Shown one piece after another: positions 39,559-47,776 of a stretch of DNA of 64,000 nt. Positions within the stretch are counted from its first letter, which is position 1; each line of letters starts with the position of its first letter. The translations under genes and the position numbers were made by a program. The notes beneath the pieces are model-generated. The model did not search any database, was not told the DNA's origin, and was given only the letters and a program-made list of their open reading frames with translations. Origin of the DNA: an uncultured Candidatus Saccharibacteria bacterium. GTDB taxonomy: Bacteria > Patescibacteriota > Saccharimonadia > Saccharimonadales > Saccharimonadaceae. The stretch is from contig CARSRA010000002.1 of NCBI GenBank assembly GCA_949063825.1, positions 1,571 to 65,570 on the forward strand. The letters run 5' to 3'.

Positions 39559-40911
39559 ATGCGTTTGTATTTTTATCTAATAATTGCCGTTTTTCGCCGT
39601 TTTGTTTTGCATCATAATACTGGGCAGGTAATATGTAATTTTTCCGAGCGAATGGGCGTAGTATATATTAAGGTTGCGCAAATTTTAGCGATGCAGAATT
39701 TCGGCGACGTTTTTACCGAGAGTGATCGTGAGCGTTTAGCGTCGATCTGTGACCATTGTAACCCGATCGAGTTTCAGGAGATTGCAAAGATAATTGAATC
39801 TGAGTATGGCGTGCCTCTTTATGAAACCTTTCAATATATAGATCCTGAACCGCTCGGTTCGGCTTCGATCTCACAAGTCCATCGCGCTGTTTTGAAAGAT
39901 GGTCGCGTAGTGGCGGTAAAAGTTAAACGTCATGATGTGGTGCGGAAGATTAGGCGTGACATTCGTCAGATCAAACATCTCGTGCATAGGTTTGGCAAAA
40001 TTGCGAAGTTACGTAATTTCATTGGTAGTGATTATGCTCTAGAATATTATACGAACTGGATTTACGAAGAATGTGATTTTGAAAATGAACAGATCCATCT
40101 TTTACGCTATCGTGAATTTGCTGATAGCGTGAATGGCAAAGTTGAGGGGACTGGAAAGATCCTGGCGCCAAAGCTTTACCGCGAATTTTGCACAAAAAAT
40201 ATTATCATTATGGAATATATTGAATATCCTACCGTCAATCAACTTTCACTTACACCAGAGAATAAAGCGAAAATTTCTAAGGTTGTAAATGATTACTTGC
40301 AGTTAAGTTTTTATGCCCTGCTAAACGATTTACCGGTAGTATTCCATGGTGATCCCCATGCTGGAAATGTTTACATTAATGATAATGGCGATGTTGGTTT
40401 TTTGGATATGGGCCTAATTTTTGAATTCAAGGATGAGGATTCAAAATTCGTGCAAGATCTCTTTTTGTACTCTTATATGGATCGCCCAGAAGAGCTATTA
40501 GATCTCCTTCTTGATCGTTCTAATTTCCGTGAAGTTGACCGCTCGGCCTTATTGGTTGGGATCAGGCGCGAGTTAAAACGTCTACATAGTATTCCAGTTT
40601 CTCAATTTTTTATCGAAATGATTGGGCTATTTACGCAATTTGATGTAGCCCCGCCGGCACTGGTTTTTGAGATGGCAAAAGCCTTTGTATCGTTGTATGG
40701 GATGGGGAATATGGCTAATAATGCTATCAGTACGAATGAATTGTTGGCTGAGCAGATTACGGAGTATTATGTTCAGCGGGCCACAAATAGTATTCAGGAG
40801 GCTTTATGGGGCTGGAGCAAGGTATTTGCTGAGTTAACTTCGCGTTTTTGGTCTGGCGAATTAATTTTGCCCACTCTAGAGCACATGGCAAAAACCTGGG
40901 ACCAGCCGTGA
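39559..40911 (+). CDS. ABC1/UbiB/AarF-family atypical kinase
   Basis: YIKVAQ, PLGSASISQVHRA, VAVKV, FHGDPHAGN, LDMG. Confidence 0.92.
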   Translation: MRLYFYLIIAVFRRFVLHHNTGQVICNFSERMGVVYIKVAQILAMQNFGDVFTESDRERLASICDHCNPIEFQEIAKIIESEYGVPLYETFQYIDPEPLGSASISQVHRAVLKDGRVVAVKVKRHDVVRKIRRDIRQIKHLVHRFGKIAKLRNFIGSDYALEYYTNWIYEECDFENEQIHLLRYREFADSVNGKVEGTGKILAPKLYREFCTKNIIIMEYIEYPTVNQLSLTPENKAKISKVVNDYLQLSFYALLNDLPVVFHGDPHAGNVYINDNGDVGFLDMGLIFEFKDEDSKFVQDLFLYSYMDRPEELLDLLLDRSNFREVDRSALLVGIRRELKRLHSIPVSQFFIEMIGLFTQFDVAPPALVFEMAKAFVSLYGMGNMANNAISTNELLAEQITEYYVQRATNSIQEALWGWSKVFAELTSRFWSGELILPTLEHMAKTWDQP

Positions 40912-41135
40912 TTTATTCCGTAACGGTTAAGCCCGGTTCAAAGAAAGGCCCTCTCGTGTTGGAGGAGGCGAGCGATCTCGTAGTATTTTTACGAGAGCGA
41001 CCAGTAGAAGGCAAGGCTAATATTGCGCTAATCAAAATTCTAGCAGACTATTTTAAGGTCCCCAAAAAACAAATTACAATAAAAACTGGCGCGCGTGGAC
41101 ACAAAAAACTAGTCGAAATTAAAACTATGGTATAA
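40908..41135 (+). CDS. DUF167 (YggU-like) protein
   Basis: VTVKPGS, PVEGKANIALIKILADYF, GARGHKK; GTG overlaps upstream stop. Confidence 0.88.
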   Translation: MIYSVTVKPGSKKGPLVLEEASDLVVFLRERPVEGKANIALIKILADYFKVPKKQITIKTGARGHKKLVEIKTMV

Positions 41136-41162
41136 TGGTTATAATTAAGGTGAGGTAATAAA

Positions 41163-42344
41163 ATGAAGATCAGTGAGATCTATATTGGTGGCTGGTTTCA
41201 GCGCACCATGTTGCAACTTTCAGAAATTTATGATTTTTTGCGCGACGGCACATCTCAACTAAAACTAAATAAACGCAAACTGGCGGAATTACGTGATAAC
41301 CTAGGCATAGGCAGCATTGAGTACGGTGTACAAGGTGAAGAATTTATCTCAATTATGACTAGCGAACAGATTAGGATTAAGATTTTTGAAGACGGTCTGA
41401 TCGTACTTGGCACTGATCAAGTTAGCGAGGAAACTATGTTTGCTGATATCGAGAACCTCAAGTCCTACTATGAGAGCAGACTATCTCCGGCGATCAATTA
41501 TATTTTTAGTCTCGGTGCGCCTGTACCAAAAGAGCTCGCAAATATTGAGAATATCTATCCGTACTTTGTAGTTTGCGACAATGCCAAGCGCGAAGATATT
41601 GCGGCGTTATTAGCGCGTACAGAGCGTCAGAAATATTTTGAGTTCGACAATAAGACTTATAGTGTGCTTCGGGGTGATAAATATTATTTTATCAATAATA
41701 AGAAAAGTTCTTCGGAGATGGTCGAGCGTTATATTGAAGAACAGGTGTTCATTCGAGAATTCAAGGGTCAGTTGCATCGCTATCTGAATATGCACCGGAT
41801 TATTTGGGAAAAGATCGATGCCGTCAAAGATCGTGCAAAAGTCAAAGGCAAAGACATCGTAAAATTCTCGTCAAAGCTCGAAAGCTATCGCAAGACCGTG
41901 ACGCTGATTGGCGGGCGTATCGACCAAATGTCGACCTATATTTCGACTCGCGAGAAAATTGCTAAAGAGGATCAGGACTTGGCGGATTTCTTGGCGATTT
42001 CTGGCTATCGCTATGAAACCTTGCGTGATACACTTCAGTATATTAAGGATCTATGGCGGATGACTACGCAGTATGTTGATTCGGCTCAAAAATTATTTGA
42101 CGGAATCAAACAAGACGTTACTTCGAGTTCGATTGATAGCCTTACAATTGTTACCTCAATGTCGGCTGGCGCAGCTATCCTGAGCTTGTTTACGGAATCA
42201 GAGCCCGAATTTACTACTTTTGGTTTTATCTATTTCTTTGTGCTTGCGTTTGTGGGTTGGGCGGCCACAAAGTTACTTGGTTTTGTAGCGCATCGTCGTA
42301 GATATGAGATTTCGGATGCAGAAATTGATAAGAATATTAAATAA
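41163..42344 (+). CDS. Hypothetical protein with two C-terminal TM helices (CorA-like topology)
   Basis: Long soluble helical region followed by two TMs; no GMN motif seen. Confidence 0.7.
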   Translation: MKISEIYIGGWFQRTMLQLSEIYDFLRDGTSQLKLNKRKLAELRDNLGIGSIEYGVQGEEFISIMTSEQIRIKIFEDGLIVLGTDQVSEETMFADIENLKSYYESRLSPAINYIFSLGAPVPKELANIENIYPYFVVCDNAKREDIAALLARTERQKYFEFDNKTYSVLRGDKYYFINNKKSSSEMVERYIEEQVFIREFKGQLHRYLNMHRIIWEKIDAVKDRAKVKGKDIVKFSSKLESYRKTVTLIGGRIDQMSTYISTREKIAKEDQDLADFLAISGYRYETLRDTLQYIKDLWRMTTQYVDSAQKLFDGIKQDVTSSSIDSLTIVTSMSAGAAILSLFTESEPEFTTFGFIYFFVLAFVGWAATKLLGFVAHRRRYEISDAEIDKNIK

Positions 42345-42347
42345 GGA

Positions 42348-43622
42348 GTGGGAATGAAAAGAATTTTTTATACAATCATCGGGAGTATTATGATGTTGGG
42401 GGTGCTAAGTGTTCCGACGTCGGCTATCAGCTTAGCACCATGCCCTGAGGATGAATATCAAGCCGAATGCGAAAAAGAGCGTGCCGAACTTTTGCGACGT
42501 CAAGAGGCGGGCGAGCCGATTCCGCGCTCCGTAGAAACGCGTGACGATAGTGATCATCCGACTTTTGTTGCTGAATCCGACGAAGCACAACAATCCGCAA
42601 GACTTTGGTTTGGTAAAAATCTATTACTAGCTGGCAATAATTTGACGACCGCTCCCAATGCGGAGAATGGATTATTATTGGCGGCCGCCAATAACCTGAA
42701 TTTGGATAATGAATCTGAGTATGGTTTCATATTTGGGAATATTGTTAAGTTTACTGGTGCAACTCAGCGTGATCTCTATGTTTCTGGTAATAGTATTACG
42801 CTCGATGCCGATGCAAATATTGGTCGCGATGTTTTTGCTGCTGGAAATAAATTCTATATTGAGACAGATTTGACTGGTGACCTGAGTGTTACGGCTAGCC
42901 ATGTAATCATTAAAGAAGGGGTTACGATAGATGGAAATGTGAATATTATTGCTGATAGGATTGAAATTGGCAATGGTGTCGAGATTGGTGGTAAACTTGT
43001 ATATAACGACAATGCTAATATTAATGAACTTCAGGATGTAACTTATGGAGGACTTGAGGTTTATCATGTTGCAGAGGCTAGTGTTGAAACGAAGATTCTT
43101 GCCGCGATTTATAGTAAATTATTGAGTATCGCAAGCTTGTTCTTGGCAATGGCGCTAATCATTGCATTCTACCCTAGGCTACATGAAAAAGTGCGACAGG
43201 AAGATAGCGCTAGTCGATCTGGTATGAATTTAGCGCTTGGTTGCGGTGCTCTTATCGTTGTTCCGATATTTGTAGCCTTAGCTTTTCTAACTATTATTGC
43301 GGCTCCATTAGGTATCATGGCTCTGTTGGCGTATTTCATTGCAATCTATTTAGCGCAAGGTTTTACGGGTATTTGGTTGGGGCATTTAATAATTGAAAAA
43401 TTCTTTAAGCTAAAAGGGAATGCTTTTATTGAAGTACTGATCGGCCTCGTCATACTTAGTGCTCTTGCCTTGATACCATTTATTGGTGTTGCGACTGGAA
43501 TACTATCGATGATGCTAGGTGTTGGCTTGATTATTAGCTGCATTAAAGGTAATAAGATTGAGGATAGTGTTAAGACTACCAAAGTTGCCAAGAAGACTAG
43601 CAAAGGGAGTCGCAAAAAATAA
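42348..43622 (+). CDS. Membrane protein with beta-helical (polymer-forming/bactofilin-like) repeats
   Basis: Signal peptide, repeats such as DLYVSGNSI/DVFAAGN/DLSVTA, multiple C-terminal TMs. Confidence 0.75.
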   Translation: MGMKRIFYTIIGSIMMLGVLSVPTSAISLAPCPEDEYQAECEKERAELLRRQEAGEPIPRSVETRDDSDHPTFVAESDEAQQSARLWFGKNLLLAGNNLTTAPNAENGLLLAAANNLNLDNESEYGFIFGNIVKFTGATQRDLYVSGNSITLDADANIGRDVFAAGNKFYIETDLTGDLSVTASHVIIKEGVTIDGNVNIIADRIEIGNGVEIGGKLVYNDNANINELQDVTYGGLEVYHVAEASVETKILAAIYSKLLSIASLFLAMALIIAFYPRLHEKVRQEDSASRSGMNLALGCGALIVVPIFVALAFLTIIAAPLGIMALLAYFIAIYLAQGFTGIWLGHLIIEKFFKLKGNAFIEVLIGLVILSALALIPFIGVATGILSMMLGVGLIISCIKGNKIEDSVKTTKVAKKTSKGSRKK

Positions 43623-43625
43623 ATT

Positions 43626-44273
43626 ATGCACGAGAGCTGGAAGCCATTCCTTGAGGCTGAATTCGAGAAAGACTATTTCCGGCAATTAAGCCAGTTCCTG
43701 CATGCTGCCTATACGGAGGTACCAGTTTTTCCAGCTAAAACTCAAGTATTTCGGGCGTTCTCAACTGACTTGAATGCAGTAAAAGTTGTAATATTGGGTC
43801 AAGATCCGTATCACACTCCTGGCGCGGCGCATGGATTAGCATTTTCGGTGCCAAGTTCCCAGCCGATTCCGCCATCACTAATTAATATCTATAAGGAGAT
43901 TGACAGTGAATTTGGCGATCATAGACTTAATAATGGCAATCTAAAACCTTGGCAAGATCAAGGAGTACTGTTATTGAATAATGTGCTCACGGTTGAGGCA
44001 CATCGTGCTGGGTCACACCGCGGGAAAGGTTGGGAGCAATTTACAGAGGCGACTATAAAATACTTGAATGATCGACGCGATCATCTAGTGTTCATGTTGT
44101 GGGGGCGAGATGCGCGTAGCAAAAGTGGCTGGATTGATCAATCAAAGCATCTAGTACTTGAGTCTCCGCACCCGTCTCCATTGTCTGCGCACGCTGGATT
44201 CTTTGGTAATGGTCATTTCAAAAAGGCGAATGACTTTTTGCGACAGCATGGAATGGTGGAGATTGATTGGTAA
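43626..44273 (+). CDS. ung: Uracil-DNA glycosylase
   Basis: KVVILGQDPYH, GVLLLN, HPSPLSA. Confidence 0.97.
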   Translation: MHESWKPFLEAEFEKDYFRQLSQFLHAAYTEVPVFPAKTQVFRAFSTDLNAVKVVILGQDPYHTPGAAHGLAFSVPSSQPIPPSLINIYKEIDSEFGDHRLNNGNLKPWQDQGVLLLNNVLTVEAHRAGSHRGKGWEQFTEATIKYLNDRRDHLVFMLWGRDARSKSGWIDQSKHLVLESPHPSPLSAHAGFFGNGHFKKANDFLRQHGMVEIDW

Positions 44274-44280
44274 TTACAGC

Positions 44281-44405
44281 AAGTATATAATAATTATCTC
44301 TCCCTTAGCTCTTTTGGAAGTGACGCTGAAGAAAGCTACAACAAAGTCATTATGAATCTCAGTTGTATCTTTTACACTTCCAAAAGAGCTAAGGGGGATA
44401 TACTT
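44281..44405. repeat. Long stem-loop with 21-bp perfect inverted repeat
   Basis: CCCTTAGCTCTTTTGGAAGTG (44302-44322) / CACTTCCAAAAGAGCTAAGGG (44375-44395); inner AAAGCTACAAC/GTTGTATCTTT; outer AAGTATAT/ATATACTT. Confidence 0.9.
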
Positions 44406-44499
44406 CAATCTATAACTAACAAGAGTAGGTATAGGATCTTCTCTGTATAGCCCTTTTGGATATTGAGAGACTCCATCCCAAGTGCTCGATCTATCTACC

Positions 44500-44784
44500 C
44501 TACTTCGCGGTGCAGCGTAGGGGGCGACCGGTGCCACGAGCGTAGTTGTACTGCGGATTGACAACGCTGCTATAGAAGTACAGGAGGTAGGCAACCGACG
44601 AGGAGTACGCAGTACGCGACCAGAAGTACCCGTACGTAGTCCCAACGCTCAACACGCCCGTAGAGTAATTGTAGTAGCCAGTGTAGGCAAAATTGAGAGG
44701 AGCACTACGTAGCTTGGTGGATCCAGTACTATCATTCGTAATACCATAGGTAGTAGTGATGAGATTAACGAAGTTGTCTTTGGT
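44500..44784 (-). repeat. Cassette D: DGR variable-region-like cassette with 28-codon 5' extension (TKDNFVNLITTTYGITNDSTGSTKLRSAPLNFAYTGYY...GTGRPLRCTAK*)
   Basis: My translation of the minus strand; core 44500-44700 homologous to B, C, E; no ATG/GTG/TTG upstream of the core before the in-frame stop at 44806-44808. Confidence 0.85.
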
Positions 44785-44810
44785 GATATGCCTACAGAGT
44801 ACTATCTATC

Positions 44811-45008
44811 CTACTTCGCGGTGCAGCGTAGGGGGTTACCGCTGCCGCGAGTGTTGAAGTTCTGCGGATTGACAATGCCGATAGTGAAGCCCAGGTAGTA
44901 AGCATACGTAGAGGAGTACGCCGTACGTGACCAGAAGCTCCCGTACGTAGTCTCACCGTACAACGAGCCCGAAGTAATGTAGTAGCCAGTGTAGGCAAAG
45001 TCGAGGGG
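44811..45008 (-). repeat. Cassette E: DGR variable-region-like cassette (PLDFAYTGYYITSG...GSGNPLRCTAK*)
   Basis: My translation of the minus strand; tandem with D; in-frame stop 6 codons upstream of the core and no start codon. Confidence 0.85.
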
Positions 45009-45039
45009 AGATGTGTTAAGCCTCTAAAATCGAAACAAT

Positions 45040-45062
45040 AACGTTGTAGTTCATACAACGTT
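45040..45062. promoter_or_regulatory. Palindrome AACGTTGTA-N5-TACAACGTT, putative protein-binding site
   Basis: Perfect 9-bp arms; degenerate copies at 1104, 1183, 31178. Confidence 0.55.
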
Positions 45063-45281
45063 TTTTTGACGTAAAGTATATTTTCGGGTTTTATCAATAA
45101 CAGATGAGGTCTTATAAACAGTAGCGACTTAATCATGTCAGTGCTTGTATTGCATTTAGGATTTGATATATGATAGAGAGGGGGACCGATATTTACCTTG
45201 CTGTAACAAGGGTGAAAAGTGCTTGATTTTTTGATTTGTTTCGTTAAAATGGGGGACAAGATGAATCAAAAAAGGAGGTAA

Positions 45282-47408
45282 ATGAGGCATATCAAAATGG
45301 TACACGTAAGGGATCATAGGCGACGCCGTAAAGCGCTATTGCGTAAAGTGCTTTACTATATTTTGGCTCTCGCGTATGTTTGCGGGAGCAGCGCAATAGT
45401 TACGCCGTCAGCTTTTGCTGCGGATTGTCCATCTGTGCAATTTGTATTCGCACGTGGATCCGGGGAGGTTATTGGCGGTCCAAGCTATGAGGCTTGGCGC
45501 ACTTCAATCATGCGAAGAATGAATAAACTCACGGTTAGCTATGGATTTTACGAACTTGGTAGTAGGTCCTATGGTGGTCATCAGTACCCAGCAACAGCCG
45601 TTTCTGGTAGTGTTGCTGGTGTCGTAAATTTAATTGGTGCAGCGATCAGCGGCGGCGCATTATTTGAATTTGGTAAGAGTGTTGACGAAGGTGTAGCGGA
45701 ACTCAAAGCTTATATCTCGACCATGGAATCGCGTTGCTCTGATACGAGATTCGTCCTTGGCGGTTATTCCCAGGGTGCGATGCTGATTTCGCGAACGCTC
45801 GGAGAACTTGATGCGTCAAAAATTATTTATGTTTCGACGTTTGGTGACCCTAAATTATATCTGCCAGAGGGGAAGAAGCACGCTTTTCAAAAACCCGATG
45901 CGTGTTATGGTCGCAATCTATCCAATTATCGTATCAATGTAAGTGACTGCTATGCTTATGAGGGGGTATTAGGTAGCTATAAGCCATATCAGCCAGAGTA
46001 TTACATTGATAAATTAGGAACATGGTGCAATAAAAACGATATTATGTGCAGCTCGCGAGTTAATACGGGCGATCATACTGCCTATGTTGCAGAAAATCTT
46101 TATGATGAAGCTGCAGCAATAATTACGTCAAAGATTTCTCAGTATTTTGGTAGTTATGAAACCTCTTCTCCGAACGCTATGCATGAAGTTGCATTTTTGG
46201 TCGATAATACTGCGTCTATGAGATATAAAAAATCTAGCTATCGGAAAGCTATTGGAGATTTTGCTGAACGTATTATAGCTAGCGGTGGAAGAATTGCGCT
46301 TTATGAATTTGGCGAATTAGCTGAGGGAACTAAAACGATTGGTCGTTGTGGTTTTGACTGTAGCGCTGCAGGGTTCAAGAGTGGGTATGATGACATTTAT
46401 TTGCGTGGGGGTGGTGATGACCCAGAATCAGTATTATCGGGACTTAAAACAACGATGGACACTCTTGACTGGACAAACGGTGCTACGAAATCGATTGTCG
46501 TCCTAAATGATAGTGCTTACCATGATCCGGACGTTGATGGTGTTACTTTGGATGATGTAGTGAAACGTAGCCTAGAGATTGACCCGGTCAATATTTATGT
46601 GATAGATCCTGGCGATTTTGCTGATGACTATCAAGAACTGGTTACGAGGACGAATGGCGGTTTTATTAATGAGGGGAGTGATGCTGACGATATGTGGAGT
46701 GAACTATTCACACGCCCAATTGCTAGATTAAAATTAATGGATTATAAGGCCGAGGTCGATAGTACTTTGGAGTTTGACGCGACAGATTCTTATGCGGAGG
46801 ATGGAGGTAATTTGCGCTTTGATTGGGACTTGGACGGTGATGGTATATTTGAGAAAGAAGATACTGAGGCGGTCGTCTCCCATAGTTATACTCAGCCTTT
46901 TGACGGATACATTCAGGTAAAAGTGAGAGACCAAAATGATAATATAGCAACGATGTCGGCTCATGTGAATATTAATACAGAAGAGCCCGTGTATGAGCTA
47001 GCGAAAATTACTAACTTTTCGAGCTGGGAGCATGGAGTATCGACTGTGATCAATTTTACGACGACAGGCACAAAGGTGTTACTAGCGACTAATGAAACTC
47101 CGCTCGGCTTTGTGAATTTATCTGAAGGGATTGGTGAAGTTAAGATAGATAACCTCAAGGAGGCGACGAACCTTTATCTAATTCCGTATTCTGAAGATGG
47201 CATCAGGGGGCTAAGGTATGATTTTGAGTTGCTACCTACTTCTGTGCCAGATAAAGCGGACGAGACTGATGACGCTAATGAGATTGATAAAGTTGATGGG
47301 GCTAGCGAATGGGATGTGAGAGCTGAAGATACTAAGACTACCAATGGATTACCATATCGATTATTACCAAAAGTTCCAAATGCTGGAGTATATACTAATG
47401 ATCGTTAG
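45282..47408 (+). CDS. Secreted cutinase-family protein with vWA and PKD domains
   Basis: Signal peptide; CPSVQFVFARGSGE, GYSQGA, FGDP, CNKNDIMC (cutinase); FLVDNTASM (vWA); FDATDS...FDWDLDGDG (PKD). Confidence 0.88.
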   Translation: MRHIKMVHVRDHRRRRKALLRKVLYYILALAYVCGSSAIVTPSAFAADCPSVQFVFARGSGEVIGGPSYEAWRTSIMRRMNKLTVSYGFYELGSRSYGGHQYPATAVSGSVAGVVNLIGAAISGGALFEFGKSVDEGVAELKAYISTMESRCSDTRFVLGGYSQGAMLISRTLGELDASKIIYVSTFGDPKLYLPEGKKHAFQKPDACYGRNLSNYRINVSDCYAYEGVLGSYKPYQPEYYIDKLGTWCNKNDIMCSSRVNTGDHTAYVAENLYDEAAAIITSKISQYFGSYETSSPNAMHEVAFLVDNTASMRYKKSSYRKAIGDFAERIIASGGRIALYEFGELAEGTKTIGRCGFDCSAAGFKSGYDDIYLRGGGDDPESVLSGLKTTMDTLDWTNGATKSIVVLNDSAYHDPDVDGVTLDDVVKRSLEIDPVNIYVIDPGDFADDYQELVTRTNGGFINEGSDADDMWSELFTRPIARLKLMDYKAEVDSTLEFDATDSYAEDGGNLRFDWDLDGDGIFEKEDTEAVVSHSYTQPFDGYIQVKVRDQNDNIATMSAHVNINTEEPVYELAKITNFSSWEHGVSTVINFTTTGTKVLLATNETPLGFVNLSEGIGEVKIDNLKEATNLYLIPYSEDGIRGLRYDFELLPTSVPDKADETDDANEIDKVDGASEWDVRAEDTKTTNGLPYRLLPKVPNAGVYTNDR

Positions 47409-47610
47409 TCCTGTTTCTGCGTCGCGAACTACTCAAATGCCAATGGTCTCCGTATTCGCATTTATAAACCCCGAGCGCAGGGATTCCGTGGTCGTATTGG
47501 GCAACCAAAGCTGCCGCTTCGGCCTCCTCGCGCGTTTCATAGCAATTTTTATATTGATCACCCACCCAACAACGTGGCGGGATAGATTTGTGATAACTGG
47601 CTCGTGTCAT
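47395..47610 (-). CDS. Small hypothetical protein (YKC-x4-HWHL motif)
   Basis: 71 aa, KNCYETREEAEAAA...VYKCEYGDHWHLSS; AGG upstream of ATG. Confidence 0.65.
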   Translation of the reverse strand: MTRASYHKSIPPRCWVGDQYKNCYETREEAEAAALVAQYDHGIPALGVYKCEYGDHWHLSSSRRRNRTNDH

Positions 47611-47776
47611 TATAACCTTACCTATGGTTGAGATTACAAATTAGGTATTTTTCTCCTTCATATAGAGGATGCCTAAAATAGGCCATATCTCTATATTACC
47701 ACAGATTTGTTAAAAAGTCAAGAGTTTTCGGGTTTTTCTGCTTATGATATAATACGAATCATATGAAGGTGGGTAG

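Noticed and set aside
29942..45008. One of the cassettes being the DGR template repeat
   Set aside because: No copy has adenines at most variable positions (each has only a few AAC/AAT), and no RT or accessory gene is adjacent; all look like variable-region products.
29845..45259. ORF-track proteins 29845-30129(-), 30896-31126(+), 44274-44645(-), 44792-45259(-) sharing ...PYAAPRSR[IV]D
   Set aside because: They are the shifted reading frame of cassettes B-E. The Thr/Arg/Ala-rich content follows from NNC/NNT codon structure, and the LRCTAK frame is the one with a recognisable fold motif.
29563..45282. CRISPR array or IS element explaining the repeats
   Set aside because: No regularly spaced short repeats with unique spacers, no cas or transposase genes, and no terminal inverted repeats or target duplications seen around the cassettes.
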